Below, piece after piece: positions 51,576 through 63,060 of a stretch of DNA of 64,000 nt. The notes under the pieces are model-generated. The model was not told the DNA's origin, did no database searches, and was given only the letters and a program-made list of their open reading frames with translations. Location: contig OZ024740.1 in NCBI GenBank assembly GCA_964016885.1, forward strand, positions 408,642,001 through 408,706,000, given 5' to 3'. The translations under genes were made by a program, and so were the position numbers. The stretch's first letter is position 1, and each line of letters starts with the position of its first letter. This DNA comes from Eledone cirrhosa (taxonomy: Eukaryota).

Positions 51576-51692
51576 GGTCCCACGCTCTGGCCGCCCCATG
51601 ACCCCGGTGGACTGGCCACCCAGCGCCCCCAGCGGGCAGACTAGAGAAGGCATTTCCCCGCGAGGGAGACGCGCTGGGCTGCTAACCAACAC
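51576..51692 (+). ncRNA. GC-rich structured island; degenerate HDV-like ribozyme candidate
   Basis: Pairing order P1-P2-P3-L3-P3'-P1'-GG-P4-CTAA-P2' can be drawn by eye; L3 is 11 nt and P2 only 3 bp. Confidence 0.4.
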
Positions 51693-52084
51693 TACATATC
51701 GTGACAAGCTGTGGTGCGTTTTGGTGCCTGCATTCTCAAGCAAAATTACAATCATGAGAAGGCAAACACCGTGGTTATGGTTCACATACTGCAATCCCTG
51801 AAATATGTGGAAACGACTATTCAAGTTCGTGCCGTAAGTGCAGTCGTTGTAATCATACTGACAATTATTTTCTTTGATTTAATTGTGACTCAACCTTTTA
51901 CTAACATACAAGCACCTTTGGAGATAGCAAAACTTACAAGTTTTACCACATCAATACCACCTGTGTAAGCTTAGTAGCGCCATGACGATTAGGATTACCT
52001 TTATTTCACGCGTTTTCAAGTTCCGACGCAAAGACTGTCTTCGGCGGTAAGGACAAAACTAATTTTGACAGGCCTGATATATGT

Positions 52085-52321
52085 ATGTGTGTGACAGCTC
52101 GCACCTATGCAGGTTTAGCTGGCCTCCTCCAAGGTATATCTTGTTGGAAGTGTCTTGGGTAATTTAATGATAGGGACCCTAGTCCTATCATCTCATTTCT
52201 ACAGCTGAGTAAACTGGAGCAAGTGTCTTGCTCAAGGAAACAACATATCACCCGGTCCGAGAATTGAACTAACAAACTTTTGATTGCAAGCCCAATGCTC
52301 TAACCACTAAGCCATGCGCCT
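52085..52321 (-). mobile_element. Second tRNA-derived SINE family (CORE-like body, (CA)n tail)
   Basis: Reverse complement AGGCGCATGGCTTAGTGGTTAGAGC...GTTCAATTC...TCCTTGAGCAAGACACTT...CTCAGCTG; the 3' 110 bp recur at 37205-37313. Confidence 0.75.
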
Positions 52322-52891
52322 GTCTGATATATGTATGAAGACAGCACAGAAACATTTGTGTATCTGGCCGACCTTCCCTTCAGCTGCTGGATCTTGATGA
52401 TGACGCTTTCACGAAGCTAGAGAAACTGACAAAACCAGTCAAAAGAATTGAGCAATAAACAAACTTCCCCCACCAGTAATACACTACTCCCAGTATGTCT
52501 GACGTGCAGTGAATTAAGCAAAATTTGGACGTCCAGCACACAGACAGATCTAGTCAGACCAGCCAACCTCTAATAACCCAAACAGGGAGAAATGAGGTAA
52601 AATGGGGAAATTCTACATAATGAAAACTATACCTATTTTCACAAGAGAAGACATCTTTCACCCACCACCAAAGTGTTTGGGAGATCTCCCCGTCGGACGG
52701 GGAGAGTTGTCAGGCCTGAGTGGTTCAAGTAAATCGAGACTGCTCGTCATTTTGCAAGTACAAATGTATTTCGTAAAACACAGCAAACCGTATGTTAGTG
52801 ATGAAGACATAACAAAACAATATTACATATTTTTATGACTGTAGGTGTAGGATTATTTGCTATAGATCTGTCGGTAAATTTTAACTGCGAG

Positions 52892-53921
52892 CAGAGGCAT
52901 AACTAGGAAAAATAGCGTCTATAACAAGCAATAAAATTGCGTCCCTGCCCAGCACTGTATTTTTACCTATGGACCTAATAATTTATATAAATGGTTTAAT
53001 TATCCAGCCACTACAGTGTTTCTTAGCCATGACAGAGACAGATCATACATCTGAAGAGGTTTCTTTTTTCACTCCCCGACGAGGCTTATTTGACTTTAAT
53101 AGAAAGGGCTCCTAGTCCAAGTGGCGCCCCCTTCATTTGACTTTAATAGAACGTGTTCCTAGTCCAAGTGGCGCCCTCTTAATTTGACTTTAATAGAACG
53201 TGTTCCTAGTCCAAGTGGCGCCCCCTTCATTTGACTTTAATAGAACGTGTTCCTAGTCCAAGTGGCGCCCCCTTCATTTGACTTTAATAGAACATGTTCC
53301 TAGTCCAAGTGGCGCCCCCTTCATTTGACTTTAATAGAACATGTTCCTAGTTCAAGTGGGGCCCCCTTCATTTGACTTTAATAGAACGTGTTCCTAGTCC
53401 AAGTGGCGCCCCCTTCATTTGACTTTAATAGAACGTGTTCCTAGTCCAAGTGGCGCCCCCTTCATTTGACTTTAATAGAACGTGTTCCTAGTCCAAGTGG
53501 CTCCCCCTTCATTCGATTTTAATAGAACGTGTTCCTAGTCCAAGTGGCGCCCCCTTCATTTGACTTTAATAGAACGTGTTCCTAGTCCAAGTGGCGCCCC
53601 CTTCATTTGACTTTAATAGAATGTGTTCCTAGTCCAAGTGGCGCCCCCTTCATTTGACTTTAATAGAACGTGTTCCTAGTCCAAGTGGCGCCCCCTTCAT
53701 TTGACTTTAATAGAACGTGTTCCTAGTCCAAGTGGCGCCCCCTTCATTTGACTTTAATAGAACGTGTTCCTAGTCCAAGTGGCGCCCCCTTCATTTGATT
53801 TTAATAGAATGTGTTCCTAGTCCAAGTGGCGCCCCCTTCATTTGACTTTAATAGAATGTGTTCCTAGTCCAAGTGGCGCCCCTTCACGTTCCATGCTTGC
53901 CATACCCTAGATACGCCTCTG
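52892..53921. mobile_element. hAT-type MITE containing a 47-bp tandem array
   Basis: TIRs CAGAGGCATAACTAGG and CCTAGATACGCCTCTG; exact 8-bp TSD ACTGCGAG at 52884-52891 and 53922-53929. Confidence 0.88.
53089..53886. repeat. About 17 copies of a 47-bp minisatellite
   Basis: Unit TTTGACTTTAATAGAACGTGTTCCTAGTCCAAGTGGCGCCCCCTTCA, near-identical, no spacers. Confidence 0.97.
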
Positions 53922-54078
53922 ACTGCGAGTAATTATTTTAATAAAAGACGTCTACATTTGTTTCGGTTTTGTGTAACTCCCAACGATATTCGTTTCATGG
54001 ATGTTGGGCATTTATGACATGAATTTCTTTTCATATTTACATTTCTTTTTTAAACTCCAGAGCGCTGCTTGTAATTAG

Positions 54079-54281
54079 CAGGGATGGTGGAAGTATTTCT
54101 GAATAGGGAGGGGCTGAAATTTGGTTGATTTACTTGTAGGGATTAGTTTAGCTGTTATCAAATATCAACCAAGAATATAAAAAACTTTGATATGCGATAA
54201 ACATAACATGTATATAAATTGTTGCGAATATACAAATAGTTGTGTGTTTTGGTAACCCCCATGCCCAGTTCCATCGTCCCT
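54079..54281. mobile_element. Possible decayed hAT-like MITE
   Basis: CAGGGATGGTGGAA vs TTCCATCGTCCCT; only a partial flank duplication (ATTAG). Confidence 0.4.
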
Positions 54282-55196
54282 CATTAGGAACTTCGTGCCA
54301 AATGTGAATGCTTTCATTCACTTAGTATCGGTAATTTCATGAAGTCACTCGACTATAGTAAAAATGAAACAAAGTTATTGTTGCTGTTGTTATTGATGGG
54401 ACGTGTTCAGTGCCACATTTACCATTGTGCTTAAGTGTTCCTAAGCACAGGGCCGCGTTGGTCAAAAGAATGTTTTACCACGTTTAGAGCCCAAGTAAGG
54501 GGCCTAACTATTACAGGGCCTCATTTGTTATAAAACACGGTACTAGACGTGACACACAAGGTATCCTCTCTGCCAGATAATTCTGCGACCAAATTTCGAT
54601 TTGTTTTTATTGAAACCCATATATTTATTTCATTGAAATTGTTGACAATATTGTGAAAAAGATGAACGTCACAATATCACATTTATCTCTCCCGTCTCAC
54701 CTTCTTGACGGGATAAAGAAACTGCTTGTTGTTATTTTTATGGCTATAGTTATTGTTTACGTATCTCACTATCAAAACAAATTCCTGCTCCATCCCACAT
54801 CTTCCGCCATCCCTTACACTTCACCAATACTGTTCAATTGCTAACGGAAATAGTAAGGCTAAGGAATGCTTTTCTGTAATAATAATAATAATAATGATAA
54901 TGATTTCATTTATTGGCCACAAGGGCCGACATATAGGGGACAATACAAAAGACTGGGACAGTGGGGTTTTACAGAAAAATCGAGTAAACAATATGAATAA
55001 CAATAACAAAGTAACAATAACAAAGTAACAATAAAGTAACAATAAAGTAACAAGAAAATTACAACAAGAAAAAATTCCCCAATAGGGGGGGGGGATGACC
55101 ACCTAGGGTTCGCTCAGGTACCCCACCAGTCCTGAACGACCCGACGCTTCGAGAGCACCCTAGAAGGGCAACCCTCTCCTCTTCAAATTTACCTAC

Positions 55197-58100
55197 CTAC
55201 AGCCGCATGACCAGAGTAGGCCCACTCACACGGGCCATTCTCGCCACATTCACCCACCTTTCAGCAAATGTACTGGGGGGCAGCACTTCTCTCTCCACCC
55301 TCACCTTCCTTTCCAAGTGAAACTTGAAAAAGTTGATGAGGGATTGGCCGAAGAGAAAAGTGTCTGTCTTCAGTCCTTTCAACCTCGTCCACCATACAAC
55401 CTCTTTCGCTACTGCCACCAGACAGAGGAAATTTGCCTGCCCTTCCTGGCCAAAAGAAGGCGGCGGGTCGATCTTCACTATGGACTCGGCCGATAGCCGG
55501 ATCCGTTCTACACGCGACAACAGCTGTTCAACATAACTCCACAAGTCAGTAATGCACGGACACTGGACGAGTGCGTGCAGAACGGTTTCGTCGCTCTGCG
55601 CGCATCTCGGGCAGATCCGTCTGACAGCACTTCCGTGCCTGTAGAGTTTATCTCGAACCGGCAGTGCCCCCCGGTAGCACTGCCAAGCGAGGGATTTTTA
55701 GAAATTATACACCGTCCCCGGCTCGAAAGTCCTCCGGTACAGACTGGTTAGTTCGACTTCGTTGACTCCCAGAGCCTCTCCGAGTGCGTCGTCGCACTTG
55801 CCCACCACTAATCCTCTATAGAACTCGAGAGTGGAAGTTCCACTGACCGCATTGCCCGCCTGGTAGAGGGCAGTGAGTGTCTGGCAACATTCCAGATGCC
55901 AGTCACCCAGTCTCGGTCTCTTCTTGACCCAGGACTGCAGCTCAGTCAAAGAAACGAGCTGCGGAAAGGCCCGTCTGACAAACGGCGACCACACCTGTTC
56001 ACCGTTTAGGCAGAATATCTGGAGATGCCGCAGCCTCAGCGCGTGCCTGCGCATCATTAGCCACGGCATTCCCAGCCCTCCACGTAGAGGGTGCTGGCAG
56101 CAAATGGACCGCCTCACCAGCGGAACCTGACCCCTCCACAAGAATTTGAAAAGGAGTCGCTCCAAGATGGCGAGGTGCGAACGGGGTCAAGGGACGACGG
56201 TCAGACGGTAGTAGATGACGGACGCGACGTACGCGTTCGCCACCTCCGCCCGACCTTTCACTGATAGCTTCATCCCAGCCCATTTCTGGGTGAGACTGGC
56301 TACCCTGCCCGTCAACTCGTCCCAATTTTTATCCACCTGGAGGTCTGGCCCGAACCAAACACCTAGCAACTTTACCGGTCCGTCCGTCCAGCGCCTAACG
56401 ACGTTGTTGGACGGCATGGACTTGCCTCTCCAGGTGCCGAGTTGCAAGCCCACCGACTTTTCCGGATTAAGTTTTGCTCCCGTCAACCTTTCATATTCCT
56501 CCAATAAGGTGCCGACCACCTCGATTTCTGAGGTGCCCGACACCATCAGGGTGATGTCCGCATAAGCCGACACAGCCTTTCCGCGTCCCGGTTCGAGCGG
56601 GATGCCCTGCAACAGCTCCAGCTCTTCCGCAGTAAAGGCTCGAGAGTCAATACGTACAGAAGAGAGGAGAGAGGGCACCCTTGACGGACCGATCGGGAGA
56701 CCTGAAACGGTTCCGAGAGGTGGCCATTAATTTTGACCACCGAGCAGATGCCCCTGTGCATTGCAGCGATCCAGCTTCTGAAGACGGGGCCGAAGCCAGC
56801 CGCCTTGAGGACAGCCTCCAGGTACCGATGGTCCACCCTATCGAATGCTTTCGATTGATTGATCTAAATTGATCAGAGCCCCACCGAAGCCAGGTTTACA
56901 CCCTACCCTCTCTATGATGTATCGCATTAGGTGGAGGTTGTCGTGTATGGACCTGTTGGGATTGCGCAAGTTTGCGCCTCCCCAACCAAATCCCCCACGA
57001 TAAGCACCAACCTCTTTGCTAACACCCTGGCCAAAATCTTAAACTCTGTATTGAGCAGAGTTATGGGCCTGAAATTGTCTAATGTGTCCCTCTTGTTCTC
57101 GTCTTTCCTTATCAGCGTCACTACGCCCCGGCTCACAGAACTGGTAATACTCACATTTTGCTGCCAGTTGCAGTAGAGGGCCTCGAGGAGGTTGAAGAAC
57201 AAGTCTGGCATATTTACGTAAAACTCGTAGGGCAGACCATCCAAACCGGGTGACTTGCGCCTCATGCAGCCGACAAAGGCATCCTGAATCTCGGCTGAAG
57301 TAATTGGCCTTTCGCAGCGCCCAGCGTCAGCCGTCGAGAGTTGCGGAAAGCCATCGAGGTAGGGACTGAAATCCGCCACCATCTCTGACCCGCCACTTCC
57401 CCCGAACAACCGAGCAAAATGTTGGCGAAAGGCCTCACACATCCTCTTGGAATCGCTCAGCTTGTGTCCGTCTCGGTCCGTCAAAGACCGAATCGTGGTT
57501 TTATTACCACGCTGCGCCTCTCCCACGCGGGCCCATCGGACAGTTTTGGTTCCCTCGTTTCTCAGAGCACGCGCCTTTGCTCTGACAATGCAACCTTCGT
57601 GTTTCGCATTGAAGAAATAGTCTAATACCATTCTAGCCGCTAGCACGTCAGTTGCAATGCCACTACCAATAGCCTCGTCTAACTTATCTACCAACTCCCC
57701 CTCCTTTCTATTTTTCTCTAACGCTACTTCTTTGCTAAACTCTATCGACATTACTCTAATCTCTCTTTTGAGAGCCCCCCACCGTCTATTGTTGAAGACT
57801 CCCCCTGTCAACTTTTTCTTAACTAATTGTAAGCCTTACGTGCCGGAAATGAGATGTTTAGCTTCCAGTAACCAGGTCCTAACCTACGCGTCTTATCTAG
57901 GTTGACCATACAGATCACAAACTTGTGATCTGAATAGGCGACCGTTTCAAAACGTGGACGGCTTACACTATTTCTGTCTATTTTCCTAATGAATATCCTG
58001 TCTATATAAGATCTAGATGACCCTATGCGGTTAGCCCAGGTCCACACTGGCGCATTAGGGAAATCTAGTCGGTACCTGTCAGACAGTTGGAACTGGCTGA

Positions 58101-58597
58101 TCAGGTTCTTGAGGCTTTTGCACCCCCCGCTCCTATCGGATACTCCCACACAGTCCCAGCGTGAGTCTAAGATGCCGTTCCAGTCCCCCGCTAACAGTAA
58201 AGGGCGAGACGTACCCAGAAAGGCTTCCAGGCGTCTAAAGAAGTCCTTCCCCAGTAGGAGCATAGACAGCCACCAGTCTAAAGGCACCACCTTCGTTATT
58301 GTTCACGTCCAGGACCACCAACTTCCCATCCGGGTCCCGGAAGATCGACCTTACCTCGAGATCCAGGCCTTTCCTAAACAGCACCGCCACCCCACTTCCC
58401 ATTCCCGGCCGGCTAACAGATGCAAAGATCTGATAGTCGTCGAAAATGGGGGCTAGTGCGCGTGTGTCGGAAATCCTGGTCTCGCTGACGGCAATTACAT
58501 CCATTTCTATAGACCTGAGGTCGTTGAGCAGGCGACCCTGCTTCCAGGACGATTCCAAGCCTCGAACATTTAAACATCCTACTCTTAATATGGCCAT
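55197..58597 (-). pseudogene. LINE ORF2 (APE endonuclease, RT, C-terminal zinc motif), frameshifted
   Basis: GCLNVRGL, SETR, YAP, GDWN, SYIDR, SDH; SPGLDGLPYEFY, FRPITLLN, RQGCPLS, AYAD(D), GGLG. Confidence 0.92.
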
Positions 58598-58632
58598 GTT
58601 GGCAGGTTAAAAAGAGAGAGAGGAAGGTTTAC

Positions 58633-60637
58633 TTACCTTCCGGGCTCTTGTGAAGGTCGGGTTGTTCGACCTCCATATTTGGTGGGGTTTCTTTTGGGAA
58701 CCCCTTTAAAAGTCTTGAAGTGGGTTTTACGTACGGGGTTCCCACGTCCTGAGGAAAGCTGTCCCGTATTTCTTTGAATATGTCGAGCGACATTCGCACC
58801 AGAACCAAATCTTCCGGCACGCGAAATGTTAAAAATTTCCCCCACTTTTTGTATATTTTCACTTCGTGCTACGAGGGCCATCAGTTCCTTGTTGGCTCTC
58901 CTGACGAGCACGAAGTTTTGTATGTTTTGTTGGTGTGATTTTATTTGTTTACGTGGCTATGGTGGTGATGATTTTGGTGGTGTTGTTTCGGTTGTATCTG
59001 TGTTTGTTGTGAGTGCGGTGTCTGTGGTTTCAGATGTTTGTGTGTATATTTGTTCTTGCGTCTGTTTAGGTTGTTTGCGTTTGGGGGATTCTGGTGATGG
59101 TGATGGTGGTGTTGATGTTGGTGTTATTGGAAAGATGTTTGCGTGGGTGGTGTCTGCGTTTTTTATTGTGGGTGATTTTGTGCTTTGTTGAGTTTTTTTT
59201 TTTCTTTTTGTTTCCTCTTTTGTATTTTGGGGGATTTAGGTTTTCCCTCATCTTCACTACTGGTAGATGAGGGGTCTGTGTCTGTAAGTGTGTCTGTATG
59301 TATGTTTACGGTTTTATTGGTGTGTGTATTTTTTTTTGGGGGGGGGGGGGAATTTGACAGCTTTCCTTGTTTCCCCCCTGGGTGGTCAATGTTGGTGGTG
59401 GTCTTTCTATTGGTGTTGTTGTTGGTGGTTGTCTTTCTATTGGTGTTGTTGTTGGTGGTTTTGCCGGTGCTGGTGTTGGTTGTGGTCCTCACCCCGGCGT
59501 CGGCAGCAGTGGAGCCTTTCGACCCCTTGCCTCTTTCAGCAGTTGAGGGCAGAAGGCTCGCAAATGGTTTTTTTCCCCACAAACAAAACACTGCGGCCTT
59601 TTGCCTTCGGTCATAATGTGAATGACCGTCCCATTCTGAAGGCGGATGTGGTCCGGAATTGTCTTCACATTCTCGGGCCTGATCTGGAGAAGGATCTCCA
59701 GGTCAACCCCGGACCAGTCCTCTCTGGCCGTTCTGGTCACTTCTATAGGGACTGTATCCGTCCCCTCCACAATCATACATCCCAGAAGCCACCACATGTC
59801 AAGTCCTGGTGGGATTCTAGGAATGCGGAGACGGGCCGTTCTTTTTCCCATGTGGGAGGGGTACATTATGACCTTGCTGGTTTTGCAAGGAGTCATAGCG
59901 TGTTTCATAGCGAAGGCTTCTGACTTGAACAACACCGAAATGGTGCCTTACTGTCTGCCCTTCTCTATGTACTGGGTGTTTTCTCTGATGCACCTCAGCG
60001 CGACTTCGACATCTTCTTGTGGGATTAAAGCTGCCCTTTTGGTTTGTGCTGAGATGCATCTATAATGCACCGTTCTGCGCTCCACTGCCTCAATAGCTTC
60101 TACGGGGACAGTTAAGTTGGCCCAAGTTTGCTCTTGCTTGATGAGCTTCCATGCCTAGGCCAACTTTTCATCTTTGTTTGAGAGGTCCATGTTGAAGCAT
60201 GGCATCTTTTTTGCTGCTGCCGCAGCGAAAGTGTTCTTCTTGTTTTCGTTGGGGGTGTTGTGGTCGCTGTCGTTGTTCTTGTTGGTGTTGTTGTTAGCAA
60301 TGTCGCTGTTATCATTGTTGTCTTTGTTGCCACCGTTGTTCTCGGTGCAGTTGGTATTGTTGCTGTTGGTGTTGTCGCTATTTGTTTTCATGTTAGTGGT
60401 GTTGATATTGTTGTTGTATTTGTTTTATTTTTTTTTTGTTATCTGTATTTTCGTTGTCGCTGTTACTGTCATTTTTTCAAAATTAGAGTTCTCATTGGTA
60501 TCAGTGTCTTTGTTTACCTTGTTTGTGGTGGTGTTTGTGCTATCAATGTGTGTTCATTTCGCTGTAGTGCTCCTCTCAACTTCTACGTCGTTGTCGCACG
60601 ACAGCAGACATATCGCTGGGGGGCGTGGCTCAGCCAT
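58633..60637 (-). pseudogene. LINE ORF1 (Asn-rich N-terminus, CCHC knuckle), disrupted
   Basis: EGKRPQCFVCGEKNHLRAFC, homologous to EGKRPQCFRCGSKTHLRAFC at 15.5 kb. Confidence 0.88.
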
Positions 60638-60856
60638 GTTGTTTTTTTTCTTCGTAAATTTTTTAACATGTAAAAAAAGTTCAAATATTTGGGCCAAAAG
60701 GCCCAAATATTATACTTTCCCCTTCACGAGGCAAAGTCTAAGGGCTTATATCCCTTACACAACAAGAAATATTTAACAACAAATAATTTTAACAAGCAAA
60801 TAAAGCGACTTACTGTGAGCGAGCAAAATACGTCCGCTTAGACCAATAATAATGAT

Positions 60857-61008
60857 GATTTCTTTATTGGCCACAAGGGCTGACATCAAGAAAAACATTA
60901 CGGACGGTACGATGTGGGTTTTGTGCGTGTAAAGATTTGTATTATTTATATAAAAAAAGAAAAAGACATAGAAACATATATATATATATAAACAATAAAA
61001 AAAATAAT
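60857..61008 (-). mobile_element. Short LINE 3'UTR stub
   Basis: GATTTCTTTATTGGCCACAAGGGCTGACAT matches the 3' end of the 54.9 kb element. Confidence 0.75.
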
Positions 61009-61009
61009 A

Positions 61010-61215
61010 ATTGTTTCTACTTTTGGCATAAGGCCAGCAATTATTCCAGTGTATTACTGGTACTTTATTTTATACTGGTACTTTATTTTATCGACCCCGT
61101 AAGGATGAAAGGCAAAGTTAACCTCGGCGGGATTTGAACTCAGTCCGTAAAGGTACGTAACTGTGCTACAAAGCATGGTGTCCGACTCTCTACGGATACT
61201 GCCAATTCACCGCCC
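61010..61215 (-). mobile_element. tRNA-derived SINE with a small internal duplication
   Basis: Full family match; TACTGGTACTTTATTTTA duplicated. Confidence 0.9.
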
Positions 61216-61243
61216 TCAAAATAATAATAATAATAATAATAGT

Positions 61244-61906
61244 GATTTCATTTATTAGCCACAAGGGCCGACATGTAGGGGACAATATAAAGACAGGGAC
61301 AGTGGGGGTTTACAATAAGTTCGAGTAAAAGTGCACAATGGCAAGACTAATTTAACAATGAAAATATAAAATATAAAATAAACTATGCATAAATATAACA
61401 AAATAAATTCCCCTATAGGGGGTGGATGACCCAGGGGGGACTCAGGTACCCCACCAATTCTAAACCACCCTGCGCTTCTAGGGCACCCAGGGAGAGCACC
61501 CCTCTCCTCAAGTTAGCTAGCCTATAGGCGCATGGTCAGAGTAGGCCCATTCACACTGGCCATTCTCGCCACATTCATCCACCTTTTAGCAAATGTACGG
61601 GGGGGGGGGGGGGGGCGCAGCACTTCTCTCTCCACCCTCACCTTCCTTTCCACGTGAAACTTGGAGAAGTTGATGAGGGATTGGCCGAAGAGAAAAGTGG
61701 CTGTCTTCAGTCCTTTTAATCTGGTCCACCATATAACCTCTTTCGCAACGGCCACCAGACAGAGGAAAATTGCCTGCTCTTCCTGACCTAAGGATGAAAG
61801 GCAAAGTTAACCTCGGCGGGATTTGAACTCAAAATGACAATAGCCGTATCTGTATGCTGCAAAGCATGGCGTCCGACTCTCTACCGATACTGCCAATCCA
61901 CAGCTC
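61244..61906 (-). mobile_element. Chimeric SINE-5'/LINE-3' insertion
   Basis: 61789-61906 is the SINE head and start of core; 61244-61788 is the ORF2 end and 3'UTR of the 54.9 kb family; flanked by AATAAT(A/G)ATAATAGT. Confidence 0.8.
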
Positions 61907-61917
61907 AATAATGATAA

Positions 61918-61953
<36 letters not shown>

Positions 61954-62157
61954 GAGGAGGAGTAGCAGCAGCAGCAGTAGCAGCGGTAGTGGCGGCGGCG
62001 ACGTTGACGCTGTTGTTGGTGATGTTGAACGTTGTTGTTGGAATAGTCGTGTAGCTGCTAAACAATGGGTTGTTGTGTAACCCTAGGTCAGCTCTAATCC
62101 AATAGGTCTATGGTACTCAAGTACCTGGCATAGCCCTTAGATCAAACTTATCAGATA

Positions 62158-63060
62158 CTAGCAGTGGTACCCGGCGTTGCACGGGATAAGGTATTTTGTA
62201 ACGCGGGCCGCCAATAGACCTAAAAACTGCATGCCTGGACAATATGTAAAGAAAATAAACCGAATACTCTGATGGCTGGATAATCTTTAAGATTTTCCTC
62301 GATGAAGCAGGAAAAATGCAGGTTTTCACCTAGGGGATCAAGAAAATGAATTTTTTTTATGTGCATAATATGCCTTGAAATTTCGGGGAAATCGGCTAGA
62401 CGTAACGCCTCTAAAAAGCCCTAAGAAGCTGAAAAAAAATTAAGTTTTTCACATAATGCGGGCCCTAGGCCATAAGAAAGTTGGATTTTCTTTGCTTACG
62501 GTATGAAGAAGAGACTGACTTATACATAGTTACAATTTCAAGGAAATCGGTCTGACGTAACGCCTAAAAAAAAAAAAATGTTAATCAACGCAGTTTTTCA
62601 CCTAATGCGGTAGGAGATTTTTAAAAAAAGTTGAATTTTATGTGCATAACACTCCCTGAAACATAAGTAATACATATGTAAAGTTTGAAAAAAATCGGTT
62701 GGGTACTTCTCGAGTTTTAGGGATTCAAACTCACACTCACACACAGACATCCTCAAGGAAGTGACGTAAGCAGACAGGCAGATATACAGACAGATATTAT
62801 AAGGGCGCGAGGTTATAAGTATGTATCTATCTAAAAAGAGAAAGACTAAGAATTATAGAGCGAGATCGCTAAATCGCCTAATGTGGTCCCTGGGGCATAG
62901 AAAATCTGAAATTTTGTTTTGCTCAGAACACTCCCTGAAACATAAGTATTACATGTGTAAAGTTTGAAAAGAGTCGGGTGGGTGGTTCTCGAGTTTTAGG
63001 GATTCGAACTCACACACACACACACACACACACAGACATCCTCAGTTTTATATATATAGA
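62158..63060 (-). mobile_element. Non-autonomous Helitron
   Basis: Minus strand starts TC(TA)n and ends CCCGTGCAACGCCGGG hairpin, TACCACTG, CTAG, followed by T; internal duplication 62648-62755/62927-63045. Confidence 0.8.

Larger units (their letters stand above)
54899..60844 (-). mobile_element. Full-length but decayed L1/Tx1-type LINE (about 5.9 kb)
   Basis: 5'UTR 60638-60844, ORF1, ORF2, 3'UTR ending GGCCCTTGTGGCCAATAAATGAAATC(ATT)n; AATAATAATGAT on both flanks (TSD-like). Confidence 0.93.

Noticed and set aside
53089-53886. CRISPR-like regular array
   Set aside because: Units are contiguous with no unique spacers, no cas genes, eukaryotic context, inside a MITE
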